Notes: generated by a model not told the origin, from the sequence alone. Positions 36,074 through 47,251 are shown, counted from the stretch's first letter. The stretch is DNA of 64,000 bases from Candidatus Hydrogenedentota bacterium (GCA_963668025.2 CAXXTH010000010.1:1024001-1088000); one strand, 5' to 3'. Program-made: numbers and translations.

Positions 36074-39000
36074 TCATTCGATTTCCAATGCTTGTAGGAT
36101 CGCGTCGTTGGCTCCGGTGGCGGATATTTTTACAGTGATATTACCCCCGGCGTCGGGCGTGATATCCGATGCACGCAGGCTCATCGCCATTCCGGTCTTT
36201 CCGGCGGCCGACGCGGGATCCCAGTTCGTCCAGAGTTTCTTGCCATTGATCTCGATATCCATAGGCCTTTCGCCGGGCGAGGCCAGCCAGAGTTCGGCAA
36301 ACTTGAGTTGAACGGAGTAGAGGCCAGACGGCACGGGGACCTTGTACGTTAGCACACGCCCCGTGCGCGCGGTCTGGTAGAGCCGCTGGTCGTTGAGGGT
36401 AGGGGTGGCAAGCTCGACCGGAGACGATGATGTTAGGACTTGTCCGCCTTCATGGTAGGCATCCTGGCCCCAGACAAAACCGTTCCAGTCGATATGGTTC
36501 ACACTCGCGCCTGCATCGATGCGAACGGCGGGCTTCAGTTCCGGCAGCACCTCGATAGCCTGAATCATCGCCTTGTTCGATTTCTGGAGCGGATCGAATC
36601 CGCCCGCGAAACGCAGTGCGATCTGGTTGTTCTGATCCGGCACGACGTACCGGAAGACCCGCGCATAGGCGCGCCGGGGACCTCGCGCGGCCTGGCATAC
36701 ATCGAAGTTCGTGAGCACCTGGCGCCCGTTGATATAGACGTTGAATGGGCGCTCGAAGAACCACTCGTGATTCGTCTCGGCAAAGAGTAAGCGAACGGCG
36801 TATAGCCCCGGCTGTACGGGAATGGCGTACGTGAAATCTTCGCCCTCCCGCCCGCGCTCATACAGCGCCATATCGTCCTGCGTGGCCATTCTAGCGCCTT
36901 CAACATTCTTCTGTTCTATTGCCGTGCCGCCTGCGTAATTCCGCTCATCCGGCAGCCAGGCGTTTCCCTGTGAATCGGTGTACGGCTCGCTGGCGCCGCA
37001 GAGAAGGCGCACGCTTGAGCCATTGGACGGATTGCTTCCCCTGTTTTCCGGGTCGGTGTAGACGATCCGAGGCATCCAAGCAACGACATCATTGTCCGGA
37101 TCGGTTCCCACATCGAGCACAAACCGGATGGCATCGCCTTCTTTCACATCCACGGTGACATCGTGTGGACATCCGAAATCGTCTCCAACAGGCGCATCGC
37201 CCCAGCCCGATGCCGGCCATATCTGCTGCTGGTTCTGCATGATCCGAACGCGCAGGGCCGCGCCCTTGTCCACCCGATAGTGTTCCTTCATCGCGCGTCC
37301 AAGAATCCGAATGGTCCCGGTAGACGGAGCGATCCACTTGCGCACGCACTGGGCGCTCTTCGAGGCTTGCTGCCATCCCCGGCCGCACCGGGCGGTCTCC
37401 GCTCCCTCCCAGTAGCCTTCGACGCCGCCCACCTGATTGCCCGTGCCGCCGACATCGCCGAATGGATTTTTCACGGGTTTGACGAAAGCCATTGGATTGA
37501 ACACGACTCCGTCGGTAGTCGTTTCCTCGTACCATCCGTCGCGCCCGGCCTCTGGGAAATGCCCTCCAAGAGCGGAAGCCGTGAGCGGCTCGTCAAACAT
37601 TGGTTTCGCAGGCGTCCATCCGCTGGCGTTTCCGTCGCCGTCCACAGTTCGCACGTCGTATTGGGCTTGCGGATTCCAGCCTTGCGCGTGATCGAAGAAA
37701 TACGCACCCGCGCTGGCTTTGCCTATCGTCTGGCCATCTCGGCGGACCTCGTAGTAGTTGACGAAATTGTCGTCGGCTCCCGGCGACCAATACACGCCGA
37801 CGCCACTATGGCCGATCTCCGTCTCGCGGCGGCACAATACGGAACCCGGGGCGTCGGGAGGCGTAGAGTCCGCGCCGCCTCCGGGCCGTAGAGGAAGTCC
37901 GAGATAGATGGCTTCGCCGGGCGGCGGATCCGTGATGGTGATGCCATTTTCCATCAGATCAGCGCCGGTCCGTGTCGAGACCGCTTGCGTGGAATCGAAT
38001 CCCACGGCGTAGCTGTGGTCTGGAAGCAGTTCTCGAGGATGGATGGTTACAGTTCCAGATGGCCTGTGCTTGAGTATAATCCAGGCCTTCTTGTGATCAT
38101 AGCTTGTCCGTTGTGAGTAATAGTACTCCGTATCTCCCTCGACAATGGGATGGAGAAGATACGTCCATCGCCCCGTGAGGCCTTCGCGCGTCATGTAACG
38201 ATATATCACGCCTATCTGCCGCCGGATTTCTTCGATGGATGGTTCGGTGGGCTGCCATTTGATTTCCCAACTTGGGGTCATGGTAAGCACCTGCTTGGAC
38301 TTATCAGGCTCATATACCCCGCCCCCATGAATGCTGGGGATTATGTCCGTCCATCTATCGGGCGTATCGAGGTACGAGAAATAGTAGTTTGTCTGGTCTC
38401 CGCCGCCGCCGTCCATATGCATATTGATATCGGCATATCGCTGTATCTCGAAGGTGCGCGCGTAGCGGCTGCCTCCGCTGCACGTGTGGAACGACGAACG
38501 AGGATGCTTCAGAAGGAATGATGTCATCCGCTTGTAGCGGGCTTCCTGAGTGGCGATATCCTTGATGTCCATCGTGTCGGTCCGCCATTGGAAATCGCCC
38601 CAACTGCCGACCTCGTTGTCCAGAATGCCCTCGCTCGGCCATCCGCAATGCCAGGCAAGCATGCCCATTCCCGACTTGTTCAAGTGCCGGATGACGTTCG
38701 CGAAATCCGGCCCATGCCACGTGGGCGTCCAGATACCCGGACTCTCCGACCAGCCCGCGTCGTTCCACACCATTTCCATGCCTGTAGTGCGCGCGGCATC
38801 GGCGGCCAGCATATCGAGATCCGCCAAACGGCCAGCGAAGTTCTCCTGGAGATTGCGGACATCGTTATACCAACCGGGCACGAACAGCATGCGCCCATAC
38901 CATTCGTTGTTGGTGTAATCCCACCGGTGCGCATATTGCCAATCGTAAAGCCTTTTCTGCATGTCCTCGAGCGAATCGCGAAACACTCCCAGCGTAATCA

Positions 39001-40417
39001 CGGGAAGAGTGAGCGAACCGCCTGGGGCTATCGGGTAACCGGCCAGCTCGGGAATGTTTGCCGATACCGCCACGCGGCCAGCGCTGTCCCGATCTACTCC
39101 GAATATCCACACCATGTTATATTCGGCGGCCATAAACCAGCCGTCGCGTTGCTCGCGCCGCTGCATGGCCATCCAGGGCGTGTAGTAGTCGGTGTTCACT
39201 CCGATGTTCGCCTTATGGTAAGAGCCCGACACCTCGGCGCTCTGGAGCAAGCCCGCGTTTTCCCGGCTATTGCCGCCAAACATCCAGTAATGGGTGAACG
39301 TACCATCGGGCATCGGGATGGCGAACTGGCTGGCCGACTCGAGGGTGGCGGGCGCGGTTCCCATGTTCTCGAATTCCGCCCAGTGCCGAAGCACCGTTGC
39401 GCCGTGGTAAGCAACCACATGATAGCGTGCGCGCAGATCACCCTTGTGCAGGTTGATGTCGAGTCCGACCGCGGGACGCCCGCCATCAACCACCTGCCGC
39501 ACTTGGCTGTCCTCCAGTTGCCAGCCGCCGGGCGTTTGCTCGATGGGCTGTTCCCGGAACCGTACGACCGATACCGTCACCTCGCCCCCGGCCACGCTCG
39601 CCGCGCCGCTTATGCTCACGGCACCGTCTTTCGGGGCCCGCCATATGCGCATTGAAGTGGTCGCCCACGAGGGATGCAGCCTCTTTTCGTTGGCGAGCGG
39701 CGTGTATAGCGGCTGGGCATACGGGCAATACGTGGACGTGCACCGAATCCGCTCCGCGTTCGGGTCGGGAGCGCTTGCACTTCCCTCGATAGGCTGCAAC
39801 GCAATATTAAACTGAACGCCGTTGGATGATACTTGATCGACCGAGTCCAGGTATTCGATAAAGCGGGAACCGGGCGTACGAATGGCGTAATACCATATCG
39901 GGCCTTGGTTTAGCGTGGCGTCGTCAGTCGAGAGATAGCGCTCGCCCCCGGCATACTCGACTCCGGTGATCCACTGGGTATTGTCATCCGTCGCGTTGCC
40001 GCCGGAATCGGCCTCGAAGCCAAGCAGGTCGCCCTGCTTGACCTCGATTTTCAGGTTATCCGCCGCCGGATCAGCGCTTTGCGCGCCGGTCAGCGGCTTC
40101 GTCCACAAGACCTCTGCCTGGAATCCGCCGGCGTTCTCCGCTAAAAACGCGGGCAGGGCTATCGCCGGATCGACATAATTCGCCGCGCCGGGACAGAGCT
40201 TGTTCTTGAAACCGGTGAGCCGAAGCGCTCCATTGTCCAACTGGAACTGAAGCTCCAAGGCCGCATTGCCGATGGTCCAGGAAAGGCCATCCGGGGAGGG
40301 GGCCGCATACGCATCATTCTCCGGTGGATAGGCCGTGGCCGTTGCCGGTGAAGCGATTATCGCAAACACATATAACATGGCAACCGAAAACATTATCGTT
40401 CGGAAATTCATGTCCAT
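36074..40417 (-). CDS. Large secreted modular glycoside hydrolase: divergent GH36-like barrel, FN3, two malectin domains
   Basis: 'WNDAGW', 'CSGGSR', FN3 'DDNFVNYYEVRRDG...VRTVDGDGN', two malectin motifs 'G.Y.V.L.FAE'. Start uncertain (40453/40417/40411). Confidence 0.75.
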   Translation of the reverse strand: MDMNFRTIMFSVAMLYVFAIIASPATATAYPPENDAYAAPSPDGLSWTIGNAALELQFQLDNGALRLTGFKNKLCPGAANYVDPAIALPAFLAENAGGFQAEVLWTKPLTGAQSADPAADNLKIEVKQGDLLGFEADSGGNATDDNTQWITGVEYAGGERYLSTDDATLNQGPIWYYAIRTPGSRFIEYLDSVDQVSSNGVQFNIALQPIEGSASAPDPNAERIRCTSTYCPYAQPLYTPLANEKRLHPSWATTSMRIWRAPKDGAVSISGAASVAGGEVTVSVVRFREQPIEQTPGGWQLEDSQVRQVVDGGRPAVGLDINLHKGDLRARYHVVAYHGATVLRHWAEFENMGTAPATLESASQFAIPMPDGTFTHYWMFGGNSRENAGLLQSAEVSGSYHKANIGVNTDYYTPWMAMQRREQRDGWFMAAEYNMVWIFGVDRDSAGRVAVSANIPELAGYPIAPGGSLTLPVITLGVFRDSLEDMQKRLYDWQYAHRWDYTNNEWYGRMLFVPGWYNDVRNLQENFAGRLADLDMLAADAARTTGMEMVWNDAGWSESPGIWTPTWHGPDFANVIRHLNKSGMGMLAWHCGWPSEGILDNEVGSWGDFQWRTDTMDIKDIATQEARYKRMTSFLLKHPRSSFHTCSGGSRYARTFEIQRYADINMHMDGGGGDQTNYYFSYLDTPDRWTDIIPSIHGGGVYEPDKSKQVLTMTPSWEIKWQPTEPSIEEIRRQIGVIYRYMTREGLTGRWTYLLHPIVEGDTEYYYSQRTSYDHKKAWIILKHRPSGTVTIHPRELLPDHSYAVGFDSTQAVSTRTGADLMENGITITDPPPGEAIYLGLPLRPGGGADSTPPDAPGSVLCRRETEIGHSGVGVYWSPGADDNFVNYYEVRRDGQTIGKASAGAYFFDHAQGWNPQAQYDVRTVDGDGNASGWTPAKPMFDEPLTASALGGHFPEAGRDGWYEETTTDGVVFNPMAFVKPVKNPFGDVGGTGNQVGGVEGYWEGAETARCGRGWQQASKSAQCVRKWIAPSTGTIRILGRAMKEHYRVDKGAALRVRIMQNQQQIWPASGWGDAPVGDDFGCPHDVTVDVKEGDAIRFVLDVGTDPDNDVVAWMPRIVYTDPENRGSNPSNGSSVRLLCGASEPYTDSQGNAWLPDERNYAGGTAIEQKNVEGARMATQDDMALYERGREGEDFTYAIPVQPGLYAVRLLFAETNHEWFFERPFNVYINGRQVLTNFDVCQAARGPRRAYARVFRYVVPDQNNQIALRFAGGFDPLQKSNKAMIQAIEVLPELKPAVRIDAGASVNHIDWNGFVWGQDAYHEGGQVLTSSSPVELATPTLNDQRLYQTARTGRVLTYKVPVPSGLYSVQLKFAELWLASPGERPMDIEINGKKLWTNWDPASAAGKTGMAMSLRASDITPDAGGNITVKISATGANDAILQALEIE

Positions 40418-41433
40418 CACGGTTGGTTCCTTTCTGGCTGCTAAACAGGCCATAAATTAGTGGGCATCCTTGTGTGTTTGCGCCATACTGGATGCATGGG
40501 AAAAGCTACCCGTTTTCTCAATACTGACGCCCAATATGCGCCACGGCGGCGCGCCGTCAAAGCCGTCCCGGGTGGAATGAGCCAAAACAAAACCGCCGAT
40601 TCGCGAAGCGGCAAAAAAGAAGAACGCCTTTGTTTATTGAAGGAATGAGATAGGAGCGCGTTAGGGCCATTAGACGAGCCGCAAACGCGCCCAGAAAAAG
40701 CGCATGGGCCATGTATGCCGCTACATCGAACGCGGAAGGGCAAATCTTAGTATCGTGAAAAGATATTTCCATGACCGATACCATTCCCTCGTCGAAAACC
40801 ACTAGATCAAATTTTTCAAGTCCGCCTATTGCGGCCTCTGGCTTCTACGGTTCCGAAGTGCGCTTGAGCGCCTTGGAGCGGAAAAGCTCACGTTCCTTGG
40901 CAACCACCGGGAAAATCACCAAGCCACTCGTGGCCCTTGAGTTTTGGTCTACGAGGGTAATAGGAGCAAGCCTTCGCCCATCCACAACAGTATAAGTGAG
41001 TTTTATACTCATCTTAAACATATGCTTTTCTTAAACATATAGACAAGAAAAACTAGTGTACATTCCCTTCTGAGAGCAGTTATGAATATGATAATCTGAT
41101 TTTCATATATAAAGGAAATCGTTTAAAAAAACTTGTCCAGTTTGGTTATTGTTTTGTACAATTCACCGATCTTGGATTCAAACATAACAAATCTTGTTCT
41201 TCTATGTAACTCTCATCATAGGTATAGTATAGTGTGTCTAATCGCGTAGAAGTGTCTTCTTGTGGTTTCTGGCTAGGTGAAAAGAAGGACTGTATGAATT
41301 ATGCGCAAACAGGTTATCCCCGTGTTTGAAGAATAAAGCTTTAATCGCATGAAAGGAGTCGGGTACTCTATTCTTCAACGTGTAGATAGGATTCCCTAGG
41401 AATCGTATGACCATAATGCAAAGAGAGGTTTTT

Positions 41434-42630
41434 ATGACCGAGATCCAATTGTTCAAAATCCGAATCGCGCTGGTGCAAGCTTTCCTGCAGGAGAATGGCT
41501 ATGATGGCGTCCTTCTGATGCGGCAAGATAACTACGCCATGGCCACGGGCGGCAGGCGGAACTATATCTGCACCCAGTCTGATTTTGGCGCAAGTGGTTT
41601 GTTTGTAACCGCCGAAGGCCGTACGTTTTTCGTGGGCAATAATATCGAGGCTACACGCCAGATGGAAGAGGAATTGAAGCCTTTCGGTTGTGAGGTGCTC
41701 GATTTTCTCTGGTTTGAGAATACGCCCGCGGAGGTGGTGCGTAAACGGTTTTCCGGCAGGCTGGTTTCGGATGATGGTTCGCTGGGTCCAAATGTGAATA
41801 ACCAATTGGCTTCATTGCGGGCAATATTAACGCGTACGGAGCTTGAGAAATACCGCCAATTGGGCGCGTTAGCCGCTGAAGCGATGACGGAGGCCTTGTA
41901 TGCGATCACTCCGGGCATGGCCGAGGCGGATGTAGCCGCCCTTCTTGTGGCGGAAGGCGCTAAGCGGCGATGCCTCGTGAATGTTGCCCTTGTGGCCGCG
42001 GACAAGCGTATCGCGAAGTTCCGCCATCCGCTGCCGACGGAGCGCCCCATGCTTGGCGGTAGTTTGCAGGAGCGTAGCGTGCTCGGGTATGTCATGGTCG
42101 TCGGAGGCTTTAGCCGGGAAGGGCTGGTGGCCTCCATCACGCGTTTTTGCCAAGTAGGCGCTATTCCTGCCGATATTCCCGATGCGTACGGCCGTATTTG
42201 CGCCGTGGAAGCCATTATGCAGGAAGAGACGCGTCCTGGGCGCACGCTGGGCCGCGTTTTTTCTTCTTGCCAGCAAGCATATGCGGATATGGGATTCGCA
42301 ACCGATGAATGGCATAGGCATCACCAAGGTGGTGCGACTGGATATGGAAACCGCACCTGCAAGGGCGCACCAGAAGAAGGCTTCTTGATTGGTGAGCCGC
42401 GCTGGACAAAACGGGTGGGCGCTATTCTTGGAAATGAGGTGGAATTCGGCATGGCTTTCGCCTGGAATCCCACTGCTCCCGGTGTGAAATCGGAAGACAC
42501 CTTCATTATTAATCCCGATGGGGGCGCGGAAATCGTCACGAAAACACCCCGGCTTCCCCAGGTGGATCTTGGCCGCGTATTAGGCCGGGAAACAGATGTG
42601 GTGAAATCGGGCATACTCACTCGCCGTTAA
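41434..42630 (+). CDS. M24-family (Xaa-Pro) metallopeptidase-like protein
   Basis: 'GLVASITR', 'EWHRHHQGG.TGY', 'FAWNP...GVKSEDT'. Confidence 0.85.
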   Translation: MTEIQLFKIRIALVQAFLQENGYDGVLLMRQDNYAMATGGRRNYICTQSDFGASGLFVTAEGRTFFVGNNIEATRQMEEELKPFGCEVLDFLWFENTPAEVVRKRFSGRLVSDDGSLGPNVNNQLASLRAILTRTELEKYRQLGALAAEAMTEALYAITPGMAEADVAALLVAEGAKRRCLVNVALVAADKRIAKFRHPLPTERPMLGGSLQERSVLGYVMVVGGFSREGLVASITRFCQVGAIPADIPDAYGRICAVEAIMQEETRPGRTLGRVFSSCQQAYADMGFATDEWHRHHQGGATGYGNRTCKGAPEEGFLIGEPRWTKRVGAILGNEVEFGMAFAWNPTAPGVKSEDTFIINPDGGAEIVTKTPRLPQVDLGRVLGRETDVVKSGILTRR

Positions 42631-42639
42631 TGCAAGACG

Positions 42640-43347
42640 ATGATTCGATTCGAGGAACTTGAGCAATTGGGCGTCCAAGTGGCGCTTATCACCGATAAAT
42701 CCGATGGTGATTGCCGTAGTGCTCCCCCTGGCGCGATTTCGGATTCGCGTATGCGGGCATGCCTGGCTTGCGGCATAGATCCCGAAAGCCTTGTTTGTGC
42801 GCGCCAGGTCCATGGCATAGCCGTCTCCAGCGCGACGGAGGCGGATCGCGGCCGCGGCTCGATGCCAGGCCGTGAGACCTTCAGGGATACCGATGGGCTT
42901 ATCACGGATGTGGCGGGCTTGCCACTCGTGATATCCGTGGCGGATTGCGCGCCTGTCTATCTAGTGGACCCTGTCCGCAAGGCAATTGGATTGGTGCATG
43001 CGGGGCGTGAGGGCACTTTCCATGGCATCAGCAGCCAGGCCGTTGCTGTTATGCGGAAAGCGTATGGTTGTGAGCCTTCGTCGCTTCATGCACTCATCGG
43101 TCCTTCGGCGGGGCCGGAGCAGTACGAGGTTTCTCCCGATATCGCCGAAGCCTGGAGGCGTGCAGGCCTGCCCGCAACAGGCCGCTTGCTGGATATATGG
43201 GAGGCCAACGCCCTGCAACTTGAAGCTTGCGGCCTTGCTGCAAGCCATATCCATCAGCCCCGCATATGCACCATTAGCGATATGCGTTTTCACTCCCACC
43301 GCCGCGATGCGAACGGTGCGCGCAACATGGCCCTCCTGATGCTTTAG
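42640..43347 (+). CDS. pgeF: PgeF/YfiH (laccase-domain purine nucleoside phosphorylase)
   Basis: 'QVHG', 'DGLIT', 'VADC.PV', 'HAGREG', 'IGPS', 'ICT...FHSHRR'. Confidence 0.88.
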   Translation: MIRFEELEQLGVQVALITDKSDGDCRSAPPGAISDSRMRACLACGIDPESLVCARQVHGIAVSSATEADRGRGSMPGRETFRDTDGLITDVAGLPLVISVADCAPVYLVDPVRKAIGLVHAGREGTFHGISSQAVAVMRKAYGCEPSSLHALIGPSAGPEQYEVSPDIAEAWRRAGLPATGRLLDIWEANALQLEACGLAASHIHQPRICTISDMRFHSHRRDANGARNMALLML

Positions 43348-43641
43348 CCCCAGTCAGTAATAAAGATAAGTTTGCGGCGTGCAGAGCATCCCATATGGGC
43401 ATTTTCTCGCCCCATGATTGGTTAATTCTGAAAGACTTAAGATCGCCGCCGGATGAGTTGGCGGTATTTTCGTTGGTTTTGCGTGAGCGAAGTCAAAGTC
43501 TCTTAAAAACGATGGCGGATTGCTTGTTACCTTCTCTAGTGGAGGAACGAGAGATATCCAGGAAAACTTGAACCGCTAACCGGATTCCAGTATCTTCCGT
43601 AAAATTATCCGGGGCTGGGTTTTAGCCCAGTCACAACAGAT

Positions 43642-44745
43642 ATGAGGCAAACAGTGAAAAAGGCGCTTTTAGCAACCGAAAATGGGCTGGTGTTTGAAGG
43701 CCGCGCCGTGGGCGCTGATGGCGAAACCACAGGCGAGTTGGTATTTAACACAAGCATGACCGGCTACCAGGAGATCCTGACGGACCCGTCGTATGCCGGC
43801 CAAGTGGTCACAATGACCTATACGCTGATTGGCAATTATGGCGTTAATCCCGAGGACGCGGAGTCGCGCCAGCCGTTTGCGAATGGTTTTGTCATGCGGG
43901 AATGCTGTTTTGAACCGAGCAATTGGCGCTGCAAGCAAACGCTGCCGGAATATCTGAAGGAACATGGCATTGTGGCCATAGACGGCGTGGATACGCGCCG
44001 AATCACCAAAATGCTGCGTACGGAAGGCGCGAAGAAATGTGCCGTCAGCACGGTGGATCTCGAGCCGGATAGCTTGATTCAAAAAGCGATTGATTCGCCC
44101 GATATGGCGGGCAGCGATTATGTGAAGGCCGTCTCCGTGAAAGAAGCCTATACATGGAATCCGGATTTTGAAGGCAAGTATAAAGTGGCGGCCTTCGATT
44201 ATGGCATTAAATACAACATTTTGCGGCGGCTCGAACAAGCGGGCTGCCAAGTCGTGGTGCTCCCGGCTACGGCTTCGGCGGAAGAAGCATTGGCATGCAA
44301 TCCTGACGGCATCTTCTTGTCGAATGGGCCTGGCGATCCTTCGGCGCTGCCATATATCTATCCGACGGTTCAAGGATTGTTTGGCAAGAAGCCCATTTTT
44401 GGCATTTGTTTGGGACACCAGATATTAGGCCACGCTTTTGGCGGCGCGACCTTCAAGCTCAAGTTCGGCCATCGCGGCGGCAACCAGCCGGTCCTCAACC
44501 ACGACACGGGCAAGGTCGAGATTAGCGCGCAGAATCACGGATTTGCGGTGGATCCCGATTCGCTCGACGCCAGCATGGTGCGCATTACGCACACCAATTT
44601 AAATGACAACTCCGTTGAAGGCATGGCCCACAAGGAACTCCCGGTTTTCAGCGTGCAATACCACCCGGAAGCTTCACCGGGCCCCCATGACAGCCGGTAT
44701 CTGTTTGCCCAGTTTGCGGCATTAATGGACAAGTGCAAAGGATAA
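43642..44745 (+). CDS. carA: Carbamoyl-phosphate synthase small subunit
   Basis: 'GELVFNTSMTGYQEILTDPSY', 'LSNGPGDP', 'GICLGHQ', 'QYHPEASPGPHD'. Confidence 0.97.
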   Translation: MRQTVKKALLATENGLVFEGRAVGADGETTGELVFNTSMTGYQEILTDPSYAGQVVTMTYTLIGNYGVNPEDAESRQPFANGFVMRECCFEPSNWRCKQTLPEYLKEHGIVAIDGVDTRRITKMLRTEGAKKCAVSTVDLEPDSLIQKAIDSPDMAGSDYVKAVSVKEAYTWNPDFEGKYKVAAFDYGIKYNILRRLEQAGCQVVVLPATASAEEALACNPDGIFLSNGPGDPSALPYIYPTVQGLFGKKPIFGICLGHQILGHAFGGATFKLKFGHRGGNQPVLNHDTGKVEISAQNHGFAVDPDSLDASMVRITHTNLNDNSVEGMAHKELPVFSVQYHPEASPGPHDSRYLFAQFAALMDKCKG

Positions 44746-44760
44746 CGCCGCATCAATTGG

Positions 44761-44803
44761 ACGGCTGGAGCAGTGTTTCGATGCCTGTTCCAGCCGTTTT
44801 TTT
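44761..44803 (+). terminator. Intrinsic terminator after carA
   Basis: ACGGCTGGAGCAG...CTGTTCCAGCCGT followed by a T run. Confidence 0.75.
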
Positions 44804-44992
44804 TGTTGGATAGCTCATAAAGAAGGATGTTCTTGGAAAGCTGTCTTCATTTGGAAATCGAGCGGTTTGGATTTGAATGATCAGGAAGTTTACACTGTAC
44901 TCTACTGATATTCCGCCGCATAAGTGAGTACGGCGAATAGGCTTTGGAAGGAAATTGCGTTTTGGCGCCTGTCGTTCGGTGAATAAAGCGCT

Positions 44993-47251
44993 TTGCCATC
45001 TTGGACCCAGTTGATGCGCGGATTCTTTTTTCGCATGATCGTCTCCATCACGGGAGATAATGTCCGGAAACGGATGCGGGCGGCTATCGCCTCCGTCTTG
45101 CGCCGGTTTGCGCCTGGTTTCCCCACGGATTCCGCTCTAAGAGGCCCGAAGGTTCCCGCGCCGATTTCCCGCTGTATCGAGCGTGGGGGATGGTTTTGGC
45201 CATTCCGCAGGCTGCGCCGCATGTATTGGAGAAACAAATCGAGCCTGCCGCAAGCGCCGCCAAATCCCAGGCCGCCGAGCCTTGCCGCCTTGCCTTGCAC
45301 CATTATTATTCCGGTATGTAATCAGCCCCGAGATATCCGGGCCTGTGTTCAAATTCTCAAGCGCTGCACGGACGAGGCGTATCGGCTGGTGCTCATAGAT
45401 AATGCTTCTGATTCCTATGAAGCCCGCATGCTGGAAGAGCTGGCGGCCTCTTATCCGCAAACGAAGCTGCTGCACATACCGGAGCCAGTGTCTCCCGCGG
45501 CTGCATGCAATGCTGGATTGCAGGAAGCTGGCGGCGGGCCCTGTGTTTTTCTGGATGCGCGCATGCGCGTTGCGCCAGGCTGGCTGGCGCGGATGCGGCG
45601 CTGCGCACAGTCTGATGCGCGCATCGCCGCCGTGTCCCCATTATCCAATGGCGCGGCCCATCTTTGGCTGCGCTTGAATCCGGGAGATTCTCCGGATGGC
45701 ATGGCGCAACGGCTAGGTGAAATGGGCTTGCATGCATACCCGGATATGGCGCTACCGGATGATGGCTGTTTGTATGTGGCGGCGGGAGTCATGGAGCGCT
45801 TGGGAGGGCTCGATGCGGCGTACGCTACCTTGGCTGGGGCGCTGGCTGATCTGTCATTGCGGGTGCGGCGGATGGGGGAGAAAGCGGCATGCTGCGAGGA
45901 AGCCTATGTGTTTAGGCCGGATTTGAGTTATGCCGTGGAAGAAGCGCATGCGCGCTGGGCCGATGGGCGCAGAATCGCCGCCCGGCTTGGAGCGGTTTAC
46001 GACAAAGCCGCAGCCCGGTTTCAGGTGGAAGAGCCGCTCGATGGCCTGCGGCGAAGGGTTGCATGCCAGAGGCCCCCTCGAGCCTTGGCGATAGAAGAAT
46101 CGAAGAACTATGTGTATGAGCGGGCCGTCGATATTCTGAAAGAACCCGATTTGGCGCAGCGGAAAGCGGCATACGCCGATGCGTTACAGCGCTATCTTGC
46201 ATCGAAGCGCCCACGTCGAACACACCCGCGCATCGTTTTTTTGGCGAATGTGCTTAACCAGACCGGGGGGGCCCTTTCTGTAGCCCAGCTCGTGAATGAC
46301 CTTATCTCGCTGGGGCACGACGCCCGTTTGATTGTGCGCAGTCCTGATGGGTATAACCCGGCTACGCCCCTTCTGGCGGAGCCTGTGTTTTATCCGAACC
46401 GGAAAGCGCTGCTCGAGCACCTCGGGGAAGCGGATATAGTCGTGGGCACTCTCTGGCCGACCATGTATTACATCATGCACGCGTTTTTGCACCGGCCTTC
46501 GTTTGTTCCCGCGTATTTTGTACAGGACTTCGAGCCATTTTTTTATCCAGAAACCGATCATGCTACTCGATGCCTTGTACAAGACACCTATTCACTCACT
46601 CCATTCTGCTTCGCAAAGACTCCCTGGATTTGCGAGCAGGTGCGGGCTGCCGGGGGGCATATCCAGGAAGTGCCTCCCGCGCTGGACCTGGATTTGTTTT
46701 ATCCGCGTGAAGTGGAGCCGTCTGATACAAAAATCATTCTGGCCATGCTGCGGCCCTCGACACCGCGCAGAGGATTTGGCATGGCTATTGATGTGCTTGC
46801 ACGTTTGGCTATGGAACGCAGAGATATCGAAATCCATGTTTTCGGAGCTTCGGAACGCGAACTGGAAAAACATGCGATTCCGTTCGCGTTCACCAATCAT
46901 GGAATCCTTTCGAATGAAATGCTGCCAGCCCTGTATTCCCGCGCCTATTTATATGCGGATTTCTCAGAGTTCCATGGATTCGGCCGAACGGTGGCGGAGG
47001 CGATGGCCTGTGGCGCGCCTTGTGTGATCACGGAAAGCGGAGGAGTGAGCGCTTTTGCCCGCGATGGACACAATTGCCTGATGGCTCCGCCGAATGATGC
47101 GCAGAAAATGGCCGCGCTCATGCGCCGCCTGCTCGACCATCCTTTGCTGCATAAACGCCTTTCCAGCAGCGCACGGGAAAGCGTCGCGCCTTTTGAACGC
47201 ATGCATTCCGCCCGGGAAACCGCCGAGTTTTTGTTGAGCTGCCTGCAGTAA
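44993..47251 (+). CDS. Bifunctional glycosyltransferase (degenerate GT2 plus GT4)
   Basis: 'IIIPV', 'LIDNASD' (GT2); 'YFVQDFE', 'GFGRTVAEAMACGAP' (GT4). Start uncertain. Confidence 0.85.
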   Translation: MPSWTQLMRGFFFRMIVSITGDNVRKRMRAAIASVLRRFAPGFPTDSALRGPKVPAPISRCIERGGWFWPFRRLRRMYWRNKSSLPQAPPNPRPPSLAALPCTIIIPVCNQPRDIRACVQILKRCTDEAYRLVLIDNASDSYEARMLEELAASYPQTKLLHIPEPVSPAAACNAGLQEAGGGPCVFLDARMRVAPGWLARMRRCAQSDARIAAVSPLSNGAAHLWLRLNPGDSPDGMAQRLGEMGLHAYPDMALPDDGCLYVAAGVMERLGGLDAAYATLAGALADLSLRVRRMGEKAACCEEAYVFRPDLSYAVEEAHARWADGRRIAARLGAVYDKAAARFQVEEPLDGLRRRVACQRPPRALAIEESKNYVYERAVDILKEPDLAQRKAAYADALQRYLASKRPRRTHPRIVFLANVLNQTGGALSVAQLVNDLISLGHDARLIVRSPDGYNPATPLLAEPVFYPNRKALLEHLGEADIVVGTLWPTMYYIMHAFLHRPSFVPAYFVQDFEPFFYPETDHATRCLVQDTYSLTPFCFAKTPWICEQVRAAGGHIQEVPPALDLDLFYPREVEPSDTKIILAMLRPSTPRRGFGMAIDVLARLAMERRDIEIHVFGASERELEKHAIPFAFTNHGILSNEMLPALYSRAYLYADFSEFHGFGRTVAEAMACGAPCVITESGGVSAFARDGHNCLMAPPNDAQKMAALMRRLLDHPLLHKRLSSSARESVAPFERMHSARETAEFLLSCLQ

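Noticed and set aside
38588-39655. Long opposite-strand ORFs (e.g. 38588-39655, 27047-27841, 18182-18964, 43669-44418)
   Set aside because: They are antisense shadows of well-supported GC-rich genes and have no motifs of their own.
43642-44803. carA without adjacent carB
   Set aside because: Split carA and carB is common in many bacterial lineages.
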